From: Amoebidium appalachense
Lineage: Eukaryota; Protista; Ichthyosporea
Assembly (NCBI GenBank): GCA_963693365.1
Contig: CAVNZM010000004.1
Coordinates: forward strand, 10,568,468-10,632,467
Length of the DNA: 64,000 nt
Reading direction: 5' to 3'
Position 1 is the stretch's first letter. Each line of letters opens with the position of its first letter. Position numbers and translations under genes: made by a program. A model generated the notes under the pieces. The model had not been told where the DNA came from and made no database searches. It saw only the letters and a list, made by a program, of their open reading frames with translations. Positions 44,870-57,610 of the stretch are shown here, in pieces.

Positions 44870-47800
44870 GAGGAGTCCCCCGCCCGCCCCCGGGCTCAAA
44901 TCGAGCTCAGAGGCTGTCAGAGACCTACTAGCTATAAAATATGCATTCACGTGTCTACGTGCATGGTACTGTGTGACAGTGTGCATCCATCATCAGTTGC
45001 CAAAGACGGGGCTTGGCCTGCAGTAAGTTTTGAGTCAAACTTGTGCGGCAGTGCCGCAGCGGCCGGCGCCCGGCGGCCCCGGCTGCGACCGGCGCTTATT
45101 ACAAAGTCAGAATTCGAATTCCGGAGATGACCGGATCTATTCAGTGCCTATTTTGGAAAGTATTAGCTCGGACGATTATCATTGGACACTTGCAAATAGG
45201 GTCTTGTCCAATAGGAAAGTTGAAGCTTGAACGTGCTGGCACGTCGTATAACGTTGATCCAGTCTTGGCTACTTACATAGGAGCTCCGTTGTAACTGATT
45301 ATCTTCAATATCTTGCCGCCAAAACATGCAACCTATATAATTTATATTAACGTAGCATTTTTCTTGTAGATGTGTGTATTTAGTATGTATTTGTAGGTGT
45401 ATAGGCTACTTGACAACAGAGACATGGGATAGGGATGTCACTTGAGGATGATCTCGGCACCCCATCGTATGCAAAGACTTCTGGTCGTGATTTGTCGAGC
45501 AGATAACCAATCAAACATGTTCAATAATTTCATGCGCTCTAATGTAGCCAATAGGGTAACCCCTGGCCAAGGCACTGAAAAGCACAAAAAGCCGTCGGCG
45601 ACTTCGTGCTTCGAGTCACTCCGTGCATCGTGTCACGGTCTGTGGCCACGCCCAAAAGAAAAAAAACAGACTTCCGCTAAAGAACGAGAAACCAATTTTT
45701 TTGAGTGTGAAAGCGGCATTTCTTTTCCCGACAAATCGTTTTTGTTACCGATGTTATTAGCAATAGCATAGAGAAAACGAGCTCTCTCTTCCATTCAAAG
45801 CCTCGTACCCCTTTCCTGCACGTGTAATGGTGTGGGCGAGTACCATCATAGTTGGCTTACATCTGTGTTTTCACCCGTCGCACGCATTATTTGACACTTT
45901 CGTTTCAACCAAAAAAGGAAAACACGTACCCCCTGCCCCTTTTATGCCACAGAAACACCAGCTAGACGCATAGGAATGTCTCTCGTTGAATACTACCCGT
46001 ACGCACTTGGTCTTTTCGTCTTCTGGTGCATCCTCATTGCGACCGAGGCGCCCAGCGCAAAGAGACGGAACTCACAGCGCCGCCTACAGGTGCATGTCGT
46101 GGCTACTCGTAATTTCGACACAAACACACAGAAAAATGTCGGTGACCAGAGCAGAATGAGCATTGAATCCCTTCGGGATGAACAGAAGGGGGTCTGCATG
46201 GCTTGATGCCAACCACGCGTCCGCATACAAGAGAGTTTGCAGTCACATCCAAGAAGATGAACAGGTATCTTGTGCAAGGCGCAGAAACCGTGGGCAAGGA
46301 GACGACGAAGCAGCGGGTCCTTGTACGCCTGGTAATGGAACCAGTGCGTGTTTAAAAAACGATGAGGTGACTTGAGACAATCTGCCCAGTGTTTGAAACG
46401 TGCACACCGTAAAGCACAAGACTTTATTCTTGCGTAGTCAAGATCCATCAAGAGAAATGGCACCTTTTTTGTGTTTCCCGCCACCCGTTTTGGCAAGACC
46501 GCATGCACATGTACCATTCGGGCAGGACAAAGAGAGGCAACAAAAGATATCAGCGGGTGGTTTGACTGTGTGCATGGACGCGTGACACCATCAGATCTCC
46601 AAAGGAAAATTGACTAAGAGATGCCATGGGTCCTGGATGGTCCCTCTATCCCAAAGTTTCAGTGTGTTTGGGGGAGGCCTGAAGTATACACACAACATGC
46701 ACGTTTTGGGGGTGACCCCTAGTGGTATATGTACACAGACCTTACGTGTTCAGTATGCTATTATAGTGAATACTGGGGCAACGTTGTATGTACCCGGGCC
46801 AGCCGTTTGCAGAAGAATCAGCCTACATGTCCTAACGATATAAACGTAATTATTCACGATAAGGCTCCCTCAGAATTAGAACACTAGGTCTCTTTTTGTT
46901 AATTAACCTTCACCCATTTTCCGGATAATGGTGGTTTTGCCGAAGAAGTGCTCCAAATGGTTTTTGCTGTTTGCTGACCCCACTGTAAATAGAGGTGCCT
47001 TTTTTTTTTTAAACAGTTTCCGCATGCACATACTGGCTATGTGTCCTTATAGGCATGAAAATTGTGTTTAAATACAGGTATGAAATAAAGCAAGTCACCT
47101 GCTTAGCTTGAACTTCTGGGTTTGACCCGGTCCAACCCCCCTCCCCCTTCCCCCCCCTCAAAAAAGAGAAGAAATGAAGAAGCGCCCAACTGCCCCCAAT
47201 GATAAAACAAAAAAAATATGCTTCCACCTATGTTTCACACTAAGGTTAAATGGTCCGTGTGTAGGTGTGCGTGTTAACATGTTTGGAACCCTTAGGGGCA
47301 GGGACGGTGTTGTCAAAGAATATTACAGCACTCAGTCACATATCACCCGGTGGCCAAATCGGATCCACTGGGATCAGCTGCAGCACAATGGCATGGATTT
47401 TATGTTGAAACATGCAACATTTTCTTATATGTGAAAGTACTTCACATGGATAGCGAAGCGGCGGATAATTTTTCCTCGATACATAAAAGTAGGAATAGTA
47501 ATATGGGGTCACAGTATTTTAATGAAGACTCTTTGCAGTCACCGAGTCTCAAAACAGCATATCGTCGCATAGTTTTATCCCCCCCCCCCCCTCCCCCCAA
47601 GGCTCCCCCGCTCTCGAGGCCACACACACACACACACAAGCAGGGTTACTTACGCGACTCGACGTCACAGCCTGAGGCCGGGGTTGAAGTTGCAGTAATA
47701 AGCAAAAAACAAGAATGAATATGATGCTATCTGATGGGAACTCCGGGGGAGGGAAGGAGGGAGGGAGGGAGGGAAGGGGGGACGCAGGGGGGGGGGGGGG

Positions 47801-48699
47801 GGGGGGGGGACATAACGGCGGACTATGGGTAATTATAAGTGCTCATGATGGGCCAGGCACACGGGCCGTTAAGGTGGAAATGGAGCGATTCACGGAGTAC
47901 ATATTTTGATTTTCAGTATGTGGGTATGCATACGATATGTGGATTTTTCATGTTTCAAATTAGCAGCGGTTTTATTGGGGCAGCTCATATCGAGTCGGCA
48001 CCAATCACCAGTGCGTTGTTTTCTTGATCCGTTGCATTCATGCTGTGAATAATTGATTGCTAATAAAAACATAAGCATCATACGCATAGCCATACTCATG
48101 TCAGTCTCATAATTAGACAGACCACGTATGTACATTTACGCATATTCAAGAGATCCCCTAAGATTCTTACTGTTAGTTAGATTCAACAGCACCCTATGGT
48201 GTATTAGCCTGAACAAAAAAAAAAAGAAGAAGAAGACACAAATGCCGGGGAATGAACAGAAAAAACTTGAAAGAAAAGAAATCTATGTAATCGGTCAGGC
48301 ACAAACACACACACAGTGGTTAGCGCCACAACTATGGGGAAATATATCCCCCAAGAGCACGTGTCGCCACTCTGACATAACTTATTATCGATGGGAGGAA
48401 AGGCGAAATGAACTCTGAACAAGGAAACAATTCATGCAGAAACAAGGATGCAAAGTTGTTAGTAGATGCAATACCATGTGTATGTATTGACTCGGATTCG
48501 GGTGCAAAAATGGGGTGGTATAAGTGGTATTAGTTAAAGAAACCAAAACCCCGAGAAGCCAAAACACACAACTACTACTATTAAATTAACCAAGGACATA
48601 ATCCAAACACCTAACACACTGCTAATCCTAATATTAGGCCTCAAGTCTCTCAGGTGATAACATTCCACACAAAACCTTGCACCAATGATCTTCCTCCAT

Positions 48700-50547
48700 T
48701 CATTCATCCATTGGTGGTGGTGGTGGTCTCGGTGATGACGCGGGTTTTCCTTGCGCCATCGGAGACCTTGTCATTTTTTGATGTTCCGCCCACCCACCCC
48801 CGCCACCGCCGCCACTACCACTACCGCCGCTACCCATTCGCGCCCCTTCAGGCATGGCGTAGGGTCCTCCCATATGTGGTAATTGTTGGGACGACATCAT
48901 TGGACTTTCGGCCTGCTGGCTGCCTTCGTGTGCCTGCCACTTTGCCGCCGACCGTGTCTGTCCCTGGTGGTCCTCTCTATCTCCCCCGTGCTGGCTTGAT
49001 GGTGTCTTGGGTACCGACAGCCCGCCTGCCTGTGAATGTGGTGGGGGTTGTAGCGCCGTGGATGCAATGTGTGGTGACGGATAGATGCCCGTGTTGACGT
49101 ACGATTGCACGTTGCGCACGTACGTGAGTGTGGCGTGCAGTATGTCCACATTGTTCATGTCGACCTTTGCTCCGGGCACGATACGTGCAAGCTGGTCGAA
49201 CGTTCTTTGCATCTGGTGGATGCAAGGGCAACATTGGTGTGGGGTTCGATGTGCCCCCCCTGCCTGCGAAGCCCCCCTGTGTTCGTCTCGCGCCATTGAA
49301 TAAGGCATGCTCGTGCGCCGTGACATCTCGGAGCTTTTTGAAAGTTCCCCCGCCATGGGCCCCCCTCCAGGCAAGAGGCTCTGTGGGGGTCCGTAGTATG
49401 AGGGTGGGTCGGTCATATAACTGCCCATGCGTGGGGGCGGTTGTGGTGGGTAGCCGCCAGCCCCCGGTAGGACGGGGAAGGGGTAGCCTGGCCCGCTTGC
49501 TGCAAACATTTCGCGAGTGAACTCTGTTGCGCCGCTTTTCATCGCTGCCTGTGGGGGAAAAGACATAACGGAAATGTCAGGAAATGCAGGGTTTTTTTTG
49601 TGTCTGAAGAAAGGTAGGCACAAGCATGTCGTGCACGTGCAGAAATGTGGCAGGTTTACACCACATGCAAAAAGCAAAATAAAAAGAAAGAGAAGCGAAA
49701 TTTTCGAGGGGGGGTTTTGTTTTTTTGGTTTTTCTTCCTTGTGAGGGGAAGAGGGAAGCCCCGATAAATAGCTAAGCACAAGAAACAATATTAACAATGA
49801 CTTTCTTGACAGCAAAAAGCAAACCCTTTGACACCTAAAGTTTCAGAACCGAAAGAGCAAACCTGGTGAATGGTTGCGGCAAAATCAACGGATCATTAGG
49901 GAAAGAACATGCCGACCAAAACAAAGACGCTTTGTAGGCTGCAACTTGTGCTATTTATGCGCGAGAAGCTGCAGAAATCAAGAGAAGGAACACGGTAAAG
50001 AAAGCGAGCTCAGAGTAGCTTTCACAAATCCCCGAGCACATTAATGCGGCGGTGCATGCACAAGTATATTGCATGAGCGTTTCCAAAGCTCAAACACAGC
50101 TCTTTTGAAAAAGGAAGCTTGCGAAAGATGGGGAAGAAAGGAAGAGAGAAAGAGGGGGAAAAAATAAATAAAAATAAAGGAAGAAAGAAAAGCGCTGACC
50201 TTGAACATGACCGTCTCCTCCTTCTTCTGCTGCTCCCTCAACTTCTGTCGTCTGTTTTGGAACCAATAGCGCACAGTTTTTTCGTCAAGCCCCAACCTGT
50301 CTGCTAGCGCCTCTCGCATGCGCAATTCGGGGATATGGTTCTGTTGAAACGCCTTTTCAAGCTCGTGCAGTTGCTTGTGCGTAAACGATGTTCTTTTTCT
50401 TTTCTTTCCAGAAACACGGTCAGGTTTCTCGACGTGAATTTGCAGACCACCACCACTCTGTGTTTCTTCTTCCTCTTCTTCCATGTACATATCTCGCTCT
50501 CCCTCAGATTCAGAGCCCGAAGGATAGTGGCTAGGTCCCATCATCAT
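48700..50547 (-). CDS. Homeodomain (non-TALE, Q50, PRD-like) plus non-basic helix-loop-helix transcription factor, ~398 aa, 2 exons
   Basis: Exon 1 50547-50200 ends AAG|gtcagc (phase 0) and encodes KKRKRTSFTHKQLHELEKAFQQNHIPELRMREALADRLGLDEKTVRYWFQNRRQKLRE. Exon 2 49548-48700 starts tttcccccacag|GCA (phase 0) and encodes IHQMQRTFDQLARIVPGAKVDMNNVDILHATLTYVRNVQ. The homeodomain is unambiguous; the HLH call and the splice join are by eye. Confidence 0.85.
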
Positions 50548-50739
50548 CTCATCGACTCTGATGAAAACGCGGACACAAAGCGAAAAATTCGCTTCGTGTG
50601 GTGTGTCCGCTGCGTTCTAGAGCAAAGGGTAACAGGCAGTGTGGCAAAGGGGAAATGTGTGTGTTTGTGTTAGGGCCCTAAGCTGCCCTTCACTCATGCA
50701 TGCACGCGTGTATGCATCCCTCCTTTCTTCACTCAATTA

Positions 50740-51771
50740 CACATAATTAATTACTGCCTTTCTTTTGTTATGTTTTTGACCGTTGTAACCGGCGTTTTCG
50801 AAAGGGAAAATGACGGTCCGCACTATCCCAGAGAAAGAAACTGTGTGTTAATTTGTTGCAATTAGTTGGGCTTTAGGCTGCCGCACCAATCGTCCGCATT
50901 GACGCTGGAATAGGGCTGCCGCTAATTGAAGTGTGTGACTTTTGACCAATATAAGGAGGCTTCTGCTTGGACTAGGGAGGCCCAAAATCGTGCCAAATGG
51001 CATCATACCCTTCATCTTTAAGGATTTGACTATAATAAAACAAGTATGAATTTGAGAAACAAGAAAAAAGAGCTGTTTTGCCTACCCTCAGTTATAATGT
51101 TGGAGTGTATTTGATAATGTTTTCCCAAATTTGTTAAATTAATGACAGTTCCCATCCGTAATGAGAGAGACGCTGCTTTAGCGGTTAGCCTGGAAAATTA
51201 GATTAGAGCCAATAAAATAAGGCTCACATAATCTTTTTGCTTAATTAACCAATCAAATAAAGTCGATAACTGCTCTCCCAGGAATCACAACGTAGACCCT
51301 CCTCGATGGTCGTCAAAATCCTCTCCTTACAATGCTCTGAGACCCTTGTAAAGCTGCTTATAGCGCAAAGATACTATATATGTTCGTCTTTGTCATTTTT
51401 GAGGGTCTATAGTGTGTTTCCAAGCATATTTTGATGATGACAAATGCCGGTGTCATAATTATGCTTGTAGCTCAATGCCGGCCGGCTCCTCCCGATGGTA
51501 TCAGCTGATTGGCTAACCGTTTTTTTTGTGCGGGCTACATTTTACCGCTTCTGAATGACGGCAGATCCTGTCACGTTATTTTTTACGTTACTTTGGCGCT
51601 ATTGGTTAGAAGTTGGGAGCCACATCCACTGATCAGATCTAAATGATACACAACCAATCAACATCTTCTTTTGGTTTTATCAAAAGAATAGATTCAGCTC
51701 ACCCAATCACCTCTGTGAAATACCGCCCAAAAGTCGTGGGAATAGCTCCCAAAGAAAAAGGTTTAGATTGG
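50740..51771 (-). promoter_or_regulatory. Putative upstream regulatory region of the homeobox gene, rich in CCAAT and TAAT motifs
   Basis: CCAAT/ATTGG at 50886, 50946, 51209, 51249, 51508, 51601, 51654, 51703 and 51767. TAATTA at 50744, 50748 and 51242. The region is free of microsatellites. Confidence 0.5.
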
Positions 51772-52587
51772 AGTAACGTGGCCGGGAGGTCACAGTAAAA
51801 GCACCTGGCGTGCCTATTGCACCGATATCACGAGGACCGTGTGCGAGGGGCCATTTGTCACCCATGGCCGTTGAACAATTTTGGCGCTCCTCGTGACACC
51901 TAAAATATAGAAAAGGAATATTATATTGGAACACAAAGAATCCATAAAAACATATGTAATATTATTTTCTTTTTCTCCCAAAGATTGCCTACCAACTCTA
52001 GCCATTCAACCGGTTCAAAGTTCTTCACGTGCGAGGCCTAAAAGGTGCCGTGTACATGTGACCCGGCATGGTGAGCCATTGTAGATTCGTTTATGGTGTT
52101 CATTATTTAGGGTAAATAATGGGTTGCTGTAATTAAGGTGCCTTAACGAGGTGCCGGCCAGCTTCAACGGTTAACTTTGCTAACTCAAGCTTTGCACAAT
52201 TAATTTGGAAGCGGCCGGCCGACCGGGTGCAGATCTATATAGACAGGTTGGCAGCCGCTGAGAATGCCACACTGTCGATTTTGCAGCATGCATGTGACAC
52301 ATGCGCGTACTATGTCGTTAATTGATGCGCTTTTATTTTGACATACACGCACACACACAAACACACACACACACACACACACCACACAGACACACACACA
52401 CACACGCACGCACACACACACACACACGCACACACGTCGCGTGACACACGCACACACGCACACACGCACACACGCACACAGGCACACACGCACACACACA
52501 CAGACACACACACATACAGGCACACACACACACGCACACGCACACACACACACACACACACAGTGATACAGGCACACACACACACGT

Positions 52588-52626
<39 letters not shown>

Positions 52627-52695
52627 CATACATACACACACACGTGGCAGACACACACGTCACACACGCACGCACGCACACACGCACGCACGCAC

Positions 52696-52733
<38 letters not shown>

Positions 52734-53036
52734 CGCGTGCACACGAACACCATAAGAATTTTATTACCGATAAACACAAGCAAAACCCATGCAGTCTTCA
52801 CCCGAAAAGACGGCGGTAAGGAATATTACACATCTTCATAACCGTGAAGCATGTGTTTTGCACATTCGCCGCTAAATTTGGGCCCTTCCGTATTCGTGTC
52901 CATCGATTGTATGATACAGTCGAACACAAACACATACACAAGTGTACACACACACACACAGCCACGTACACGTACACTGCGACGTGCACGCACGCACACA
53001 CACACACACACACACATACACACACACAAACACACA

Positions 53037-53105
<69 letters not shown>

Positions 53106-54202
53106 GTGAATTTAACACACATCATTGCAAACACAAACAACCCATCCAGCGGCACCGTGATTACACACTGCATCACACGGAGACATACAATACAAGGCCA
53201 TAACGACCGAAACATGTTACAGCGATGTAGGTTGAGGGTGTGTATGTGCTTGTAATATTGAATTAAAGAATCAAAGTTTTGACCCAGGGTTAAAATAAGC
53301 GGCGATATATTACGAACCCCTGTCATTGTATTTTGCTCAAACTGCTCCACCCAATCAATCAATCGGCCTTATTAAACTAATTGATCAAACTCCGCTGGCC
53401 ATTGGTTTGTGTTCGGATATATGGTAACTCATGTGTGCCCAGAGTATTGTGGACCAGAGACTTAGAAAGCTCACACCAAACACCTGTGCACGTGAGAGTA
53501 TTATTGGATGCGAGTGTGTATATGGCCAAATCCCCTCCCCCTCGCCCCCCTCCCCCTCCCCCCCCCCCCCCCCCTCCCCCCCCCCCCTCCCCCTCCCTCC
53601 CCCTGCTCCTTCCTAAGAGAGACTCACCGAAGGGGTGGGGTGAGAGGGGGGAGGGGGGAGGAGCCTAAATGGGGCAGGGGGAGGGGGAGGAGGGGGAGGG
53701 AGGGTTACTCAGCCCACACTACGTCCTGATACCCCGCTCCGGGGAGGGGGAAGGGGGGGGGGGGGGGGGGGGGGGGGCAGTCAACACCCCCCCGCTCCCC
53801 CCCCCCCCCCATAGTGTTGATTGCCCCCCCAGCAGCCTCCCCTCCCCCCCCCCCCCCAAACATTCACACACACCGTGACGCATTCTAACCCTCCCTCCAC
53901 CCCCCCCTCCACCCCCCCCCCCCACCCCTCCACCCCCCCCCCCCCCCCCTCCCCTCCCCCCCCCCCCCCCCCCCCCCCCACACACACACACCACATACAC
54001 ACATGTGCGCACAGAACCTCAAAGAAAGACCTAAAAATGGACGAAGAGGGAAAAAGAAAAAGAACCCCTCAAAAAAGCAATGTGTATTATTCAAGTGTGC
54101 TTTACCATTGAACTTGAAACTCGTCTTCTGTTGTTCGGCCTGACTCTGAACTTAGTAAAAAGAAGCACATTATACCCTCCCCCCCCCCCCACCTCCCCCC
54201 CC

Positions 54203-54253
<51 letters not shown>

Positions 54254-54716
54254 CACACACGTCACACACACACACACACACACAGACACACGTGCGTACA
54301 TCACACGAATACAATCATGCGCCCCTGCATACACTCTTCCTCCCGATGCATTACCTCACTGTGTTACATAGCTTACGGTATGCCCGATACTCGAAAGTAG
54401 TGCATATTTTGCTCACACATCGTATACGCGGATTTCGCCCCTCATTACTAGTCATAACTTAGTACCTAGTATACATAAATAGACCGTGTAAATCAAATTT
54501 AATACTGGAAATCCGATTTGGTCTTCCTGATGTTCTGTCGTTGTACACGGAATGCAAATGTGAACCGGATATTTTACTATGATGCCTGATCACACATCGG
54601 CAAGCACCGTGCCACGTATTAGATCTCTATTTCCACATTTTCTGAGCTGACCCCTGTACATATTAAGGCTCCTCTGCTGAAGTTCAATGATCATCAACAA
54701 CGGTTCAATGATCATC

Positions 54717-54765
<49 letters not shown>

Positions 54766-55683
54766 CAGCGTCTCATGTGCCCTTGGCCCGGGGACCTTTT
54801 GCACCGAAAGACTTTCAGGCTAGTTGTAAATAACCGTGTTATTGGTGGGGTTGACCAGCTGTCCGTTGGTTTTCATGTTAAGCACAGGACGTGGATGCTT
54901 GTAAGGCTAGGGAATCATGAATCTGACATGATCACTGTGTCCTAGATGTCCAGACTGAGTCTTTAGCATGTTAATGATTCAACAATGAAAGGAGCGGAAT
55001 TTAGGTCACCCTAGCGTTGAGTTCATGGGGGAATGGGAAAAACGGGGGGAGGGGGGGAGGGGGGCGGGGAGGGGCGGAGGGGATATAATTGTTGGGTTAT
55101 AAAAGAAAACGGGGGGGGGGGGGGGAGGGGGGGGGGGGGGGGGGCAGAGGGAGAGGGAGGAGGAGGGGAGGGTGGGGGGGAGAGAGGGGGGGGGGGGGGG
55201 GGGGGGGGAGAGAGCGGCTACCAAAGAAACAACATCTGGGAAGTCACAAAAGATTAGTCAACGACATGTTTATCATCCACCGTAAGGGAATTTTCATGTC
55301 TTGTACCTAAACGCGTCAGATGTGTGGCCTTGGTCTCAAGTTGCAAGTTCGGAGAGATGACTCGAGCTCAGCTGCGGGCTGGTGCAAAAATTTTTCGGAA
55401 CAAAAGTTCCCATTACCCCTCCCCCCCCCCCCCCCCCCCCCCCCTCTCCCTTTCCCGCCACTCCCGTCCCCCCCCCTCCCCCCCCCCCCCCCTCGCCCCT
55501 CTGCCTCTCTCCCCCTCTCCCCCCCGGCCACCTGCTCTCACTCATAGTATACCCCAGTCCCCTCCCTAGGCCTCTTCGGCTCCCCCCCTTTCTCCCCCAG
55601 GGATCCCGCCTTAACAATCTCATGACACCCTCGCATGCAGGCCACGGGGGAGGAGTTTCGGATGTGTGTGTGTGTGCTAGAGT

Positions 55684-55725
<42 letters not shown>

Positions 55726-55779
55726 ACAGTTCGTGCACGGTGCTGTGTGACACTGTGGTTGTGTGTGTGTGGGTGGATG

Positions 55780-55842
<63 letters not shown>

Positions 55843-56305
55843 GGTGTTGCCACCATGCATGCACCTAGCACTGCATGACAGAGAGCCCACCTACAGTAGA
55901 TACTGCCCTTGCATATTTCAATGGCATAGGCATCTCTGATCATCTCACATGACGTGCACAAGAGTAGGTGAGACAATCTCGATAATAATGGTACATGTGT
56001 ACATGTATATGCGAAGCGGTATTTACCTATTAGTAAGGCTTGTAACCGCAAAACAAATAACGGAGTCCGGCGGTGCGCATGCACGAGTTTGAGCCACAAT
56101 GTACGTGTGGATGGCGTGTGGACCTTTGCAAACACTCTGCATATATAGGTGATTTCCGAGCACAGCACAACATACATGTTTATTAAAGATATACTGACAC
56201 CGTAATCTTTGTCTCATTTCGCAAGTTGACCAGAGGCAAATTCCCCCCATTCTCTCGTTTTGAGGGCAGTTTTATTTTACCACACAAACTCTTCACATGC
56301 GACAT

Positions 56306-56363
56306 GTCTATCTCGTCAACCGAGCCACACAGAAGACAGCGTGAATATTCAACTTCAGGGGGC
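56306..56363 (+). repeat. Perfect 58-bp inverted copy of PPP1R21 coding sequence (partner at 57101-57158)
   Basis: gtctatctcgtcaaccgagccacacagaagacagcgtgaatattcaacttcagggggc is the exact reverse complement of 57101-57158. Confidence 0.95.
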
Positions 56364-56652
56364 AGTGCGTTAAAGAAGTTTCCCTGAAACCAAAACCTGA
56401 GTATTTATCAAAAAGCAACTGGTCGCAAATGTAAAATCCGAAAGACAAATCGCTAGATTATGCAAATAGCATCCAATCTTTGCCCCACCAAAAGCATGTC
56501 ATATTCTAATAAGAACCTGCGTCAGACTCAATAGCTATTAGCTCACTAGCTGGCAGCAGATTTCAAGAGCATTCGCAGAAAAAGCCGATACACAGACAGG
56601 ATAAAAGAAAACATATCCCATATCAACCAGGCTACAAGTCCCTAGTGCACCT

Positions 56653-57451
56653 TTAACTCCTACCAATATTCATACCTCCCACCCCAACACTACTCCCGCT
56701 ACTCACAGACACCAAATCGCCCCTCGCCTCCGTTATCTCGCATATGTGATGCGTCAACAAACTAATTTGCGCCATGTAATTCTCATTGGTCGTTGCAAGC
56801 TCATCTCGCAATTGATTGGCCGCACGACGACTCTCCTCCGTCTGATTGACCAATTGGTCCGCCCTTTCTTTTTCCTTACGTAATTTTTTGCGCAAATTTG
56901 CACATTCCTCCCACAACGCTTTTGCCTTTCCATCCGCCATTCTCCATTTCATATCAAGTGTGCCTAGTCGTGTGCTATAGTGCCGTTTTATCAATTCCTC
57001 GCGTGAAAGTTGCTCGTTTGACACCAATCTTTCGGCCGGGACGGTTTGGCCCGTGCGCGTGTCTATTACGGTTATGTTGACGGATTTTGTGCCTTGAAGC
57101 GCCCCCTGAAGTTGAATATTCACGCTGTCTTCTGTGTGGCTCGGTTGACGAGATAGACTCAACTCACTACCTGCAACCATGTCCGAGGCTGATGAAAGCG
57201 ACTGGTTTGCTGCCGTTTGATTGGTTGACGGCTGCTCTACGCCTTCCATATTAGGAAGGTTTTGCGTTGTTGCTACATCCTGGTTACCGGATGAAGTGTC
57301 CCCTCCAGTGGGTATGACAATTGGAAGTTGGGCGGATTGTTCGGAAACGAGAGAGAGGGTGGAATGGCTGCTTTCAAGCGTGGATGTGTTGTGGTCTCCG
57401 GAAAGGGGTGTGGGCAATTGAACCTGTTTCGTAGATATTATGTGTGTGTGT

Positions 57452-57482
<31 letters not shown>

Positions 57483-57579
57483 GGGGTTGTGCGTGTGTGT
57501 GTGTGTGTGTGTGTGCGTGTGTGTGTGTTTGAGGGAGAGGGAAGGCAAAGGGGTAGTGTGTGTGCGCGTGTGTGTGTGT

Positions 57580-57610
<31 letters not shown>

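Noticed and set aside
47174-48027. Short ORFs in non-repetitive DNA that might be a decayed gene
   Set aside because: No recognisable motif and no consistent exon chain.
52133-52146. Short TTAAGGTGCCTTAA quasi-palindrome, with similar words at ~11225 and ~13929, as transposon footprints
   Set aside because: Too short to distinguish from chance.
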